From: Clostridia bacterium
GTDB lineage: Bacteria; Bacillota; Clostridia; JAAYHZ01
Reading direction: 5' to 3'
NCBI GenBank assembly: GCA_050950825.1
Contig: JBMNIH010000002.1
Coordinates: 520,210 to 584,209, forward strand
DNA length: 64,000 bases
Under the pieces are notes generated by a model, which was not told where the DNA came from, did no database searches, and saw nothing but the letters and a program-made list of their open reading frames with translations. Each line of letters starts with the position of its first letter. Position 1 is the first letter of the stretch. Below, piece after piece: positions 1 through 9,674 of the stretch. The position numbers were made by a program, and so were the translations under genes.

Positions 1-133
1 TTACTCATAACATCATCCGTTTCTTGGCGACCTTTTTTACGATAAGAGGCTCGATCGCCGAAGGTTTCTTTATTTGCCGTCTTATCTAGCAAAAATTCTA
101 CCATAAATATCGAGGGATGAACAGTAAAAGAAC

Positions 134-958
134 CTACCTTTGTTTCACATATTCGTATCCCGCATCGCCGCTTTCCGAATCAAAAACAACCCGTCCCTTT
201 TCCTTAAAGCAAAATCTTGCTCGTACACGATTGCTTTCCTTTATCGTCCCGTCCATCCTGCCGAATAGAGGAGATCGTAAAGAAAAGCCTTCCGGGATAT
301 CCAAAAGATCAATCCGCAGCGTAAATCTTCCTTGGCTTAAAACGATTCGATTTTCCTCGTCGGATAAGATTTTTACCCCCTTGTAGGTGGCAAGTCGATA
401 CTCTTTATCTTCCGTTACGATTGCACATAGGCATCCCGTAAAATGAAATCCTAAAAAAGGAATCTCGGCAATGGAAAGCATAATGCTTAAAGGACGGTCA
501 AATCGGTTGCATTGGATCCACCGGTAGGAGGAAGGAAAAGAGGTTCCGCTGTCGGATTCCATGTACCCGGTTCCGCCGTCGAAGGATACCTTCTCTCCTT
601 CCATGCAAAGGGTACCGCAAAGAGAATGCATCATGCTGATAACGCCGTGGCGGCATTCCATGGGAAAGAACCGAAAGGGTCCCATAATATCCGACCGAAG
701 AGGAGTCAAAGGACCGTAACGAATCTCGCCCTTTATTCCGGGCAAATCGATATAAGAGCCCTTTGTAGAAAAGATGCACTTGTCGGCAACGATGCCTCCT
801 TTGTATATGTTCAGTTTTTTTACATCAAAATGATAAGAACCGTTATCGGTAATGACTTGTACAAAACTCCCGCATCGGGCAAAGCCGGGTATAAAAGCTA
901 CGGTTTTGTCCTTCGATTGGTGTTTAAAATACCATCCTTCGAATCGATTTTTATTCAT
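134..958 (-). CDS. Tocopherol cyclase-family protein
   Basis: Motifs FEGWYFKHQ, IMGPF..MECRHGVISM, GYMESDSGTSFPSSYRWIQCN and RLATYKG are typical of Firmicute tocopherol-cyclase-like proteins. Start moved to the ATG at 958 behind a purine-rich RBS. Confidence 0.75.
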   Translation of the reverse strand: MNKNRFEGWYFKHQSKDKTVAFIPGFARCGSFVQVITDNGSYHFDVKKLNIYKGGIVADKCIFSTKGSYIDLPGIKGEIRYGPLTPLRSDIMGPFRFFPMECRHGVISMMHSLCGTLCMEGEKVSFDGGTGYMESDSGTSFPSSYRWIQCNRFDRPLSIMLSIAEIPFLGFHFTGCLCAIVTEDKEYRLATYKGVKILSDEENRIVLSQGRFTLRIDLLDIPEGFSLRSPLFGRMDGTIKESNRVRARFCFKEKGRVVFDSESGDAGYEYVKQR

Positions 959-1037
959 TTTCTTCCCTTCCTCGTTTTTAAAGTGTTCATAGTATGCATC
1001 GTTACGGGAAAATATATTGAAAAAAGGATTGATCAAA

Positions 1038-2039
1038 ATGAAAATCGACTTTGACGCCGTGTATTACGAACCGAATATTGAGGAGTACGACTTGGGTAAA
1101 ATGCTAAAAAGTAAGTACGGGCATTTGCCTTGGATTCCCGTCGAAAGCCACAACCGAATACCCGAGCTGAGCTCATCCTGCAACAAGGAATTTCCAAGCC
1201 TGAAAAAACATTTGATCATCGGAACGCGGAAAACTCACAAATACGTTCCGAACCAAAAGGTGTCCGATTGGCTGGTCCCCTATACCTCCTCGGGCTGCCG
1301 CGCCATGTGCCTTTACTGCTATTTGGTATGCAACTACAACAAGTGCTCTTATCTTCGATTGTTTGTCAATCGGGAGCAAATGATGGAAAAGCTTTTGGAG
1401 ACCGATACCAAAAGTCCTTCGCCTCAAGTTTTCGAAATCGGCAGCAACAGCGATTTGGTGTTGGAAAACATCATCACGGGAAATCTCGTCTGGACCGTCG
1501 AGAGCTTTGCTCCGAAAAGCCGAGGATTCTTGACTTTTCCTACGAAATTCGATGCGGTAAAGCCGCTTCTTTCTTTGGACCACAAAGGGAAAATCATATT
1601 CCGAATGAGCGTCAATCCGGACGAAATCATCCGAAAAATTGAGTTCGGAACCTCTTCTTTGTCCCGAAGGATTAACGCCCTCAACGACATGGCGGAAGCG
1701 GGATATCCCGTCGGGCTTTTGATTGCGCCGGTCATATTGCTTCCCGATTGGAAGAACTTGTACGGCCGGCTGATTGACCGGCTTTCGGATACCCTTTCCG
1801 ACAAAGTGAAGCGCACGGGATTTATAGAAATCATCCTGATGACCTACAGCTTCGTACATCACGCCATCAATACGGAAGCCTTTCCTCAAGCCGTTTCTTT
1901 GTATGATAAAAGCATCATGACGGGCCGAGGCAGAGGAAAATACAGCTATCGTCAAGATATACGGGAGGAAGCGGAAAGCTTTTTAAAAGAAAAGCTTTCG
2001 AAAAGCCTAAGCTCCATGCCCATACTCTACATCTCCTAA
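1038..2039 (+). CDS. splB: Spore photoproduct lyase family radical SAM protein
   Basis: CxxxCxxC motif (GCRAMCLYCYL), plus FEIGSNSD, TFPTKF and RMSVNP segments matching SP lyase. Confidence 0.8.
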   Translation: MKIDFDAVYYEPNIEEYDLGKMLKSKYGHLPWIPVESHNRIPELSSSCNKEFPSLKKHLIIGTRKTHKYVPNQKVSDWLVPYTSSGCRAMCLYCYLVCNYNKCSYLRLFVNREQMMEKLLETDTKSPSPQVFEIGSNSDLVLENIITGNLVWTVESFAPKSRGFLTFPTKFDAVKPLLSLDHKGKIIFRMSVNPDEIIRKIEFGTSSLSRRINALNDMAEAGYPVGLLIAPVILLPDWKNLYGRLIDRLSDTLSDKVKRTGFIEIILMTYSFVHHAINTEAFPQAVSLYDKSIMTGRGRGKYSYRQDIREEAESFLKEKLSKSLSSMPILYIS

Positions 2040-2043
2040 AGCC

Positions 2044-3228
2044 TTATTCGAATATTCTGTCGAAATCGACCTCGTTTTCAATGTAGAGGACTTGGGCTTT
2101 TCCGAATTCTTTTTCAAATTCTTCTTTTTTTCGGAAGGTAACGATTCGAATATTTCGGGAAAGGGCATAAAGAATCAGTTCTTTGTTCCCTTTTGCTTGC
2201 TCATGAATGGTAAAGCCGGTATCGATGACGGTTTTCGCCTTGTCGATACATGCCATGGCCTTTTCTTTTGCTTCCTTCGCCTCGGTAAAAGGCTTAACGG
2301 CGAAAATATTCGCCCCCATGGATAAAGCCACGGGATAATCGCAGTCGCTTTCAACAAGGATTCCCGTCGAAAAACCGGCCCTTCTTTTTGCAAATTGTCG
2401 GTATAAAGAAACTCCGGTGCCGCTGCAGGCAACGATGAAAATGTTCTCCGAGCTTCCTACGGGAAGCTCAACGGAACCGGTTACATAGGAAAAACGTCCC
2501 GGACTCATGTCAAACAAACGGTTCACCGTATCTTCTTTTTCCATGGCCTCCGGGGTTCCGTCGTACATGACTTTTCCGTCCTTTACGGCTATGATGTGTT
2601 GGCAGACCTTTACCGCCAAGTCCAACTCATGCAGCGTCAATACCACCGATATGTTTTTTTCTTTCGCCAATCGGTTCAAAAGCTCCATAATCTCCAGCTT
2701 ATGCTTAATGTCAAGATGAGTCGTCGGCTCATCCAACAAAAGCACCTTCGGTTCCTGGGCAATGGCTCGGGCGATCAAAACCTTTTGCTTCTCCCCGTCA
2801 CTTAACGTGGAAAACAATCGGTGGGCAAGCTCTGCGGCGCCGGTCTGCTCCAAGCTTGAAAGGGCGATTTTTTTGTCATGTTGCGATAATCTTCCCATAA
2901 ATCCGGTATGGGGATAACGCCCCATACAAGTGATTTCCATAGCCGTCATAAAATCCACGGAAATTCTTTGGGTTAAAACCACGGCAACGGTTTTCGACAA
3001 TTCGTTTCTGCCGTATTCTTTCATGCTTTTTCCGAAAAGGCGGATATCTCCGCCGATGGCAGGCAGAAGGCCGCTTACGGTTTTTAAAAGAGTGGACTTT
3101 CCTGCACCGTTTTTCCCCATCAAGCAAGTAAGCTCCCCTTGCCTAATGTCAAAATTCATGTTTTCGCATACGACTTTTTGGTCGTATCCGATGGTCAGAT
3201 TGTTTACGGTAATGGCCGGTTTGGACAA
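2044..3228 (-). CDS. ABC transporter ATP-binding subunit, FecE/BtuD type (probable corrinoid uptake), with C-terminal extension
   Basis: Walker A GKNGAGKST, signature LSDGEKQ, Walker B LLLDEPT, H-loop LHELD. Lies in the operon downstream of the cobalamin riboswitch. Confidence 0.9.
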   Translation of the reverse strand: MSKPAITVNNLTIGYDQKVVCENMNFDIRQGELTCLMGKNGAGKSTLLKTVSGLLPAIGGDIRLFGKSMKEYGRNELSKTVAVVLTQRISVDFMTAMEITCMGRYPHTGFMGRLSQHDKKIALSSLEQTGAAELAHRLFSTLSDGEKQKVLIARAIAQEPKVLLLDEPTTHLDIKHKLEIMELLNRLAKEKNISVVLTLHELDLAVKVCQHIIAVKDGKVMYDGTPEAMEKEDTVNRLFDMSPGRFSYVTGSVELPVGSSENIFIVACSGTGVSLYRQFAKRRAGFSTGILVESDCDYPVALSMGANIFAVKPFTEAKEAKEKAMACIDKAKTVIDTGFTIHEQAKGNKELILYALSRNIRIVTFRKKEEFEKEFGKAQVLYIENEVDFDRIFE

Positions 3229-3249
3229 TTTTCTACCTCCGATTTTTTC

Positions 3250-4464
3250 TTAAGCATTGGACCGATTTTTCATAATCATGTGAATCACAATAGGTACACC
3301 GAAAACGGACGTTACGGTGCTTAAGGCCAGCTCTCTCGGAGAGAATACGGACCGAGCCAAAATATCGCATACGGCCGTTATACAAGCACCGTACAAAATG
3401 CATCCCGGCAAAAGAATTCGGCTGTCCGAGGATTTAAACAACAGCTTCACGATATGGGGAACCGCCAAGCCGATAAATGCGACGGGGCCTGCAAAAGCGG
3501 TTACCGCCGCCGTCAATACGCCGGACAGCAAAATGATAATGACGCGGAACAAACGCAAATTGACGCCTAAGCTTTTGGCATAATCCTCTCCTAACAAAAA
3601 GGCGTTCAATTGTTTTCCTATCAGTAAAGAACCGAAAAAAGAAAGGAAGCAAATGATCGCCAGCATCCATACTTCTTCCCACACAAAGCCGGAAAAGCTG
3701 CCCATGGAATAGACCACAAACCCTTTTACCGCTTCTTTGTCGGCAAAAGTCATTAAAAACCCGGTACCTGCGGAACAAAAGTACCCGATCATAATGCCGA
3801 TAACAAGGAGGGTGGTTGCCTGTTTAACCCGCAAGGCGAACAACAGCACAACGGCCATAACCGCCATGGCGCCGAAAAAAGCGGCAAAAAATCTTCCGAA
3901 AGGACCGGTTCCAAAAATGCCGAGCCGAAGCCCCGCCAGAATGAACAAGGCGGCTATAAAGGTGGATCCGTTGGATATGCCCAAAACGTAAGGGTCCACA
4001 ATGGGGTTTCGGAAGAAGATCTGCAAAAGCAGCCCGGCTACGGCCAAGGCGGCCCCTCCCAAAAGGGAGGCTGCCGCTCGTGGCAGCCGTATGTCAAAAA
4101 GAATGTCTCGGTGCAGGCTATCGTCCTCTTCACCGTAAACGACGGTTACCGAGGTGTATCCTTCGTCTTGTAAATCGATGTTTTCAAAAAGGCCCGGTTC
4201 GATTTCCATGGAACCCATCTCTTCATGAACAACGACGATACCGGTCGCTCCTTCCAAGCTTATATCCTCGAAATGATCCCGGTCGTATGTTACGATTTGC
4301 TCCTTCGCCTCAAAGAAAAGGGTGCGAAAGATTTCCTTCGGCGGTATTTTTACCGAACCGATGGAAACGGCCGCTACCGTAACGGCCAAAAGCAGCAGGA
4401 TTCCCACGGCATATAGCAGGAACGCTTTTTTACCCGATGATTTTTGGACCTTTTTCTTACTCAT
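3250..4464 (-). CDS. ABC permease, FecCD/BtuC family
   Basis: IRLPRA, LQIFFRNPIVDPYVLGIS, LGEDYAKSLGV and GPVAFIGLAVPH motifs; many TM segments. Confidence 0.9.
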   Translation of the reverse strand: MSKKKVQKSSGKKAFLLYAVGILLLLAVTVAAVSIGSVKIPPKEIFRTLFFEAKEQIVTYDRDHFEDISLEGATGIVVVHEEMGSMEIEPGLFENIDLQDEGYTSVTVVYGEEDDSLHRDILFDIRLPRAAASLLGGAALAVAGLLLQIFFRNPIVDPYVLGISNGSTFIAALFILAGLRLGIFGTGPFGRFFAAFFGAMAVMAVVLLFALRVKQATTLLVIGIMIGYFCSAGTGFLMTFADKEAVKGFVVYSMGSFSGFVWEEVWMLAIICFLSFFGSLLIGKQLNAFLLGEDYAKSLGVNLRLFRVIIILLSGVLTAAVTAFAGPVAFIGLAVPHIVKLLFKSSDSRILLPGCILYGACITAVCDILARSVFSPRELALSTVTSVFGVPIVIHMIMKNRSNA

Positions 4465-4492
4465 TTTTTATTTCCTTTTTATTGAACCACGC

Positions 4493-5974
4493 TTAATTTT
4501 TCATTGATTGCGGCATCTTGCTCAAGTACTTGATTTGGTACCCTTCGTAAATGTCCGGATAGAAGATGGCGGACATGTCTTCAATGATGTTTTGGGTATA
4601 GGGTGCCACTTGGTACCAAGAAGGTGCATAGTTCCATACTCTTCCGTTCTTAACGGATTTTAAATTCTTTAAAATATCCATTTGGTCGATCATCCACCGG
4701 ACCGAGATCTCCGGCGTGTAGGTGGTAACGAATCCGGAATAGATGAAGATGTCCGCATCCTTCGCCCGTCTGTAGAATTCTTCCGGATCAATCATAACGG
4801 ATCCGCCTAAGCCGGTTCCCACATCGGAGAATACATAATCGCCTCCGGCCATTTCGATCCATTTGGCAATGTAGGACCCTTTATCCGGTACATACATGCC
4901 GGTTCCCCCGAAGGGAACGATGTTGCCCCATACCACTTTCGGTTTTTCTTTTCCTTCATAGCGGCTCTTGATGACCTCGATTTTTGCCACCGCTCCGTTG
5001 GTATATACCGAAGCCATCATTTCTTTGTTGTAGAAAGCCGATACCAAGGATCCGATTTCCAAGCGAGAAAAAGGATCTTCCTCCAGCCAGTCGGTGCAAA
5101 TGACATAGCGTATGCCGAATTCCTCCAGCTTCTCAACGATTTTCGGAGTGTCCCAATTGTCATCGTACAAAATGGCTAAATCCGGCTTCAATTTTTTCAA
5201 CGCTTCGAAATCCACGGCGGAATTGTCTCCGATAAAGGTCATGGTTCCGTCTTGGTGTCCCTTTTTAAAGTCTTCAATAAACCAGTCTTGGGCCGGTGTG
5301 GTGGTGCCGATAACCGAATCGGTTTCACCGATCACATCCAATATACCGGCATAGGAAGTGGAAAACAAGACCACTCGGCTTACCGGTACGGTGATAATCT
5401 CGATGCTCTTATCAAACAAATATTTCACCGGTATTTTTGTTTTTCCGTCTACCAGCAAAAGCTTCCTTCCGTTGGTATCCGTTAAAAGCTTCAATCCGTT
5501 TTCAAGATATTCGATATTGAAGACCTTGCAAAAGTCATTGCGGTAGTAAGGCATTTTCACCGACAGTTTATTCTTTTCATAGGTAAATGTGAGCCCTTCC
5601 AATCTTTCAAAAAAGTCCAATGACACATACGTCCTGCCGTTTTTAATAACCGCCGGCCGTTTCATGGAAAAATAACCGTCCTTGGTATACACCGTTCTTC
5701 TGCCGTTAGCCAAGATGTAGTAGTCATAGCCGTCTTGAACGCGAATCGACTTGTCTGTCGGATCTTGGGTCACGAATATACCCGTCTGCTCACACAGCAT
5801 GCGAAGAGGAACCATTAAAACTCCGTTATCCTCATAGGGTACCGCATCGGTAAACGCAAGGGGTTTCCCGTTGATTTCCGCCGTAATCGTCACGTCGGAT
5901 GCCGTAACGGATGTATTCGGCAAAAGTGTAACAAAAAACAGCAGCGCCAAAACGAAACACAATATTTTCTTCAT
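4493..5974 (-). CDS. ABC substrate-binding protein (BtuF/Fe-siderophore type) with N-terminal copper-amine-oxidase-like (stalk) domain
   Basis: Signal peptide MKKILCFVLALL after AGGAGG. The N-terminal domain has VPLR and NGRTYVSL motifs; the binding domain has VPVSRVV, DFEALKKLKPDL and KSVKNGRVW. Confidence 0.85.
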   Translation of the reverse strand: MKKILCFVLALLFFVTLLPNTSVTASDVTITAEINGKPLAFTDAVPYEDNGVLMVPLRMLCEQTGIFVTQDPTDKSIRVQDGYDYYILANGRRTVYTKDGYFSMKRPAVIKNGRTYVSLDFFERLEGLTFTYEKNKLSVKMPYYRNDFCKVFNIEYLENGLKLLTDTNGRKLLLVDGKTKIPVKYLFDKSIEIITVPVSRVVLFSTSYAGILDVIGETDSVIGTTTPAQDWFIEDFKKGHQDGTMTFIGDNSAVDFEALKKLKPDLAILYDDNWDTPKIVEKLEEFGIRYVICTDWLEEDPFSRLEIGSLVSAFYNKEMMASVYTNGAVAKIEVIKSRYEGKEKPKVVWGNIVPFGGTGMYVPDKGSYIAKWIEMAGGDYVFSDVGTGLGGSVMIDPEEFYRRAKDADIFIYSGFVTTYTPEISVRWMIDQMDILKNLKSVKNGRVWNYAPSWYQVAPYTQNIIEDMSAIFYPDIYEGYQIKYLSKMPQSMKN

Positions 5975-6031
5975 CACGAACCTCCTGTATATATCAACGG
6001 CATGGAAAGCATTAAAAGACAAGCATAGCGG

Positions 6032-6066
6032 AAAATAAAAAACCTTGCCAAGACATATGGGCAAGG
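6032..6066 (-). terminator. Intrinsic terminator, probable expression platform of the cobalamin riboswitch
   Basis: Minus-strand hairpin CCTTGCC-catatgtctt-GGCAAGG followed by a U-rich tract, between the aptamer and the start codon at 5974. Confidence 0.7.
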
Positions 6067-6127
6067 AAGAACACGTACATAGCTATGTATCGAATGCCCT
6101 CCATCGCTCGTAGAGTGATCTGCATCT

Positions 6128-6300
6128 TTTACCGGGCAGGTCTTCTGACTCGGACTCAACGTGTGCTTTCCCTTCCCGCTTTTCGCAGTGGCAACGAAAG
6201 ACACTCCTCCATACAGCGGCGTGACCGTGCAGGATTTTCACCTGCTTCCCTTTTAATAGGTCCAAACAAGCCTTTGTGTTTGTTCCTAACCCGATAAGCC
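6128..6300 (-). ncRNA. Cobalamin (B12) riboswitch
   Basis: Minus strand reads AAAAGGGAAGCAGGTGAAAATCCTGCACGGTCACGCCGCTGT...GCCACTG...GGGAAGG...AGTCAGAAGACCTGCC, the canonical B12-element core and B12 box, upstream of a BtuFCD-like operon. Ends are approximate. Confidence 0.93.
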
Positions 6301-6488
6301 TGTTATTCAATTATAGTCCGACGATTCGAACTTTATGATCAGTTTAGCCAAATTCAGGTAAAGTGTCAAGGCGGATTCAGGTTCATTCTTATCACTTTCT
6401 TGTGTTATCTTGTGTTCTTTTTCTCCTGCAATTGAAGACGTATATACCCGGTGATATAATGGCATCAAAATTTCTTCGGAGGCAAAAC

Positions 6489-8486
6489 ATGCAATTAGGT
6501 CTTGGTATCGATACCGGGGGCACATTTACGGATGTCGCCCTTTATGATTTTAACACGAATAAAGTAATAGACAGCGCGAAGGCACCGACGCGCAAAGAAA
6601 ATCTTCAAAAAGGAATAGAAGAGGCATTGGATCAATTGGACGGAAACCTTTTTCAAAAAGTGCAATTCGTTTCTCTTTCCACCACCCTAGCCACCAATGC
6701 CTGCGTAGAAAACAAAGGTGCAAACGCAACATTGATTTTAATCGGCTCCCATCCGAAGGTAGTAGAGCAATACGGAAAAGAATACGGGCTGCCGGATGCC
6801 GACCAAATCATACTTCTTGACGGAACGGTTAACGACAACGGAGAAGCGGTAAAAGAACCGGACTGGGAATATTTAAAGCAACGCTTAAAAGCTTTCGACC
6901 CTTTCACGGACTGCTATGCCGTCGTTCAAACCTGGAGCATGCTCAATCCCGTGTTTGAGCAAAAGGCCGAAGCCGTTATCGCCGAACAATGCGGAAAACC
7001 GGTAGTCTGCGGTCACGAGCTTTCCGGCAAGTTAAACGTTTTAAAAAGAGCTTCCGCCGCATTATTGAACGCAAAATTGATACCGGTCATACGAGACTTT
7101 ATGGACAACGTTCTTCAAGGACTGAAAAGCAAGGGCATTCATGCTCCCGTTGTTATCGTCCGCGGGGACGGATCCGTTATGTCCTTGGACTTTGCTTTAA
7201 AAAGGCCCGTAGAAACGTTGCTTTCGGGACCTGCCGCTTCCATGCACGGCGGCGTATATTTATCGAATCATAAAAACCAAATCATCGTTGACATCGGCGG
7301 CACCACCAGCGATATCGCCTTGATCAAGGACGGATACCCGAGTCTGTTAGAGGACGGAGCCGTCGTCGGCGGATGGAAAACCGCCATCGCTTCGGTGGAT
7401 ATGACTACTTGCGCCATGGGCGGCGACAGCGAAATCAAAATCACCAAGGACAAAGAAATTACCGTAGGTCCCCAACGAGTCATACCCCTTTGTGCCTTAG
7501 CCGCTCAATACCCGAAGGTGGAAGAACGCTTGGAGGAGTTAACGCAGATGAGACCTCTTCACACAAGGCCCCTTCCCGTGTTCTATGTATATACCGGAAA
7601 AAAGGGAAACCGACTTTCGGAAAAAGACGAGGCCGTCTTGGAGGCTTTAAAAGAAGGTCCTTTAGACATAACCAAGCTGTGTGAAAAAATCGATCAATCC
7701 ATTTATTCCTTTAACGCCACGGAGTTAGAAAACAAAGGTCTTATCATGAAAAGCTCTTTGACCCCCACGGATATAATGCATATACAAGGGGACTTTACAC
7801 GATGGAACGTCCGCGCTTCCTTGTTGGCGGTACAAGTCCTTTCGAACCAATTCGGAATCGATAAGAACAGAATCTGCAAGGAAACGTATCGCAAAGTCGT
7901 TCTAAAAATTTACGGAACCATAGTAAAGATGCTTTTGGAAAAGAACCGGCCGGGGATTGCCAAAACCTTTGATACGCCCTTTTTCGACCGACTTTTGGAA
8001 TACTCCACCTTTGAAGACGATTTGTTAAAGGCAAGCTTTCACACCTCCTACGTCTTGTGCGGATTAGGAGCACCCGCATTCATATTCATACCTTTGGTGG
8101 GAAGGCTGTTGAATACGACAACCTACATCCCGGAATACGCTTCGGTGGCCAATGCCATCGGCGCCGTAACAGGTAAAGTGATCAGCATCGAAGAAGGGGT
8201 GGTACTGCCTCGCTACGAAAACCACGCTTTGATCGGCTACACGGTACGCACACGAAAAGGAAGTACCTTCTTTAAGGAATTGGAGGATGCCGTATCTTAC
8301 GCTGCAAAAACCTTGGAGGAGGATGCCGTATCCAACGCCCTTCACCGCGGAGCCGTCGAGGTGCAGTCCATCGTAGAAATAGATGAAAACAGGGCCGAAA
8401 TCCTTTCGGCGGAAGAAAGCGATGAAAACTCGCTTTTAGTAGACATTCGAATATTGGCCCGTGCTACGGGAGGCTATCGGATTTAA
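6489..8486 (+). CDS. Hydantoinase/oxoprolinase (ASKHA-fold) family protein
   Basis: GIDTGGTFTD, STTLATNA, ETLLSGPAAS, VDIGGTTSDI, GGDS and VANAIGA motifs. GGAGG RBS before the ATG at 6489. Confidence 0.85.
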   Translation: MQLGLGIDTGGTFTDVALYDFNTNKVIDSAKAPTRKENLQKGIEEALDQLDGNLFQKVQFVSLSTTLATNACVENKGANATLILIGSHPKVVEQYGKEYGLPDADQIILLDGTVNDNGEAVKEPDWEYLKQRLKAFDPFTDCYAVVQTWSMLNPVFEQKAEAVIAEQCGKPVVCGHELSGKLNVLKRASAALLNAKLIPVIRDFMDNVLQGLKSKGIHAPVVIVRGDGSVMSLDFALKRPVETLLSGPAASMHGGVYLSNHKNQIIVDIGGTTSDIALIKDGYPSLLEDGAVVGGWKTAIASVDMTTCAMGGDSEIKITKDKEITVGPQRVIPLCALAAQYPKVEERLEELTQMRPLHTRPLPVFYVYTGKKGNRLSEKDEAVLEALKEGPLDITKLCEKIDQSIYSFNATELENKGLIMKSSLTPTDIMHIQGDFTRWNVRASLLAVQVLSNQFGIDKNRICKETYRKVVLKIYGTIVKMLLEKNRPGIAKTFDTPFFDRLLEYSTFEDDLLKASFHTSYVLCGLGAPAFIFIPLVGRLLNTTTYIPEYASVANAIGAVTGKVISIEEGVVLPRYENHALIGYTVRTRKGSTFFKELEDAVSYAAKTLEEDAVSNALHRGAVEVQSIVEIDENRAEILSAEESDENSLLVDIRILARATGGYRI

Positions 8487-8491
8487 TTTTC

Positions 8492-9133
8492 TTATCCGAT
8501 TCCTTCCCCGGCCTTGAGCTGTTTGATGAGATTTTCCAAACCGGACAAGTCTTGACGGTAGACATCTTCTAAGGAGCGGTTATAGATCAAGCTTGCAGGA
8601 TGATAGAGGGGATATAGAAGGAATTCTTTCCCCTCTATTTTTATATCCGTCTTTTTCCCGTGAACCTCCCCTATCTTCGCCTCGGTTCCCATAAGCGTCT
8701 GCAAGGGTACGTTCCCTAAGGTGGCAATGATTTTCGGAGACAACACCAAAAGCTCCCGGATTAAATAGGGGCGGCAGTTTTCCAAATCCTCTTTTTTCGC
8801 CGGACGGTTTATCTTGTTGCCGGTCTTTTCATTGATTCGAAACAATCGATACTTGACGGCATTGGTAATGTATATGTCTTGACGGGTGAACCCGGCCCTT
8901 TCCAGAAAATCCCGCAGGATTTTACCGGCGGAACCGACGAACGGCTTTTTTAGCTTCACTTCGTCTTTTCCCGGAGCTTCCCCGATGAATACAATACCGC
9001 TGTCCGGGTTTCCGTCTCCGTAGACGATTTCCATATCGCAAAAACGGCTGCCGAATTCTTGATAGATCTCCAAAAGTAAGTTCCTTTTTTTATCGTTCGC
9101 TTCCATATTCGTATCTTTATTTCGTAAGCTCAT
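8492..9133 (-). CDS. Family-4-like uracil-DNA glycosylase, lacking most Fe-S cysteines
   Basis: IGEAPGKDE, PFVGSAG, YITNAVK and LYHPAS motifs. The start may instead be at 9106. Confidence 0.85.
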   Translation of the reverse strand: MSLRNKDTNMEANDKKRNLLLEIYQEFGSRFCDMEIVYGDGNPDSGIVFIGEAPGKDEVKLKKPFVGSAGKILRDFLERAGFTRQDIYITNAVKYRLFRINEKTGNKINRPAKKEDLENCRPYLIRELLVLSPKIIATLGNVPLQTLMGTEAKIGEVHGKKTDIKIEGKEFLLYPLYHPASLIYNRSLEDVYRQDLSGLENLIKQLKAGEGIG

Positions 9134-9674
9134 TCAACATTTCCCTGATCTTCATAAAGTCATACCACTGGGTGATTTTTTCTTTTTCATTTCGCAGCAA
9201 AAAGGCGGGATGATAAACGGCCATCATTTTAACGCCGCCTTTATCGAACCATTTGCCGCGGTCCTGAGAGATCCGAAAATCCGGATGTATCAAATATTTG
9301 GCGCTGATGCGTCCTAAACATACGATAATCTTCGGACGTATCAGCCGAAATTGATTTCGTAAATAAGGAAGGCACTGCGCAACCTCTTCCTCCAAAGGAT
9401 CCCTGTTGTCCTTCGGCCTGCATTTAACCACATTGGTTATGTAATACTCGCTCTGGTGAAAAGGAATGGCGTTAAGAAGCAAATCCAACAGCTGCCCGGC
9501 CTTACCTACAAAAGGCAAGCCCTGCTTGTCTTCTTCTTCCCCCGGTCCCTCTCCTACAAACATCAAAGGAGCGGTTTCGTTTCCCCTTCCGATTACCGTA
9601 TGGGTGGCCGATTGACGTAGCCCGCACTTATTACAGGTTAAGCATTCTTTTTTCAAATCATCCCATGTCAGCAT
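9117..9674 (-). CDS. Family-4 uracil-DNA glycosylase (4Fe-4S)
   Basis: CNKC, VGEGPGEEED, PFVGKAG, NVVKCRP, CLPYL and YHPAFLLR motifs. Confidence 0.92.
   Translation of the reverse strand: MLTWDDLKKECLTCNKCGLRQSATHTVIGRGNETAPLMFVGEGPGEEEDKQGLPFVGKAGQLLDLLLNAIPFHQSEYYITNVVKCRPKDNRDPLEEEVAQCLPYLRNQFRLIRPKIIVCLGRISAKYLIHPDFRISQDRGKWFDKGGVKMMAVYHPAFLLRNEKEKITQWYDFMKIREMLNELTK

Noticed and set aside
5974-6525. Short ORFs over the riboswitch region and N-terminal extensions of the flanking genes
   Set aside because: Explained by the cobalamin riboswitch and promoters; good RBS-start pairs exist at 5974 and 6489.
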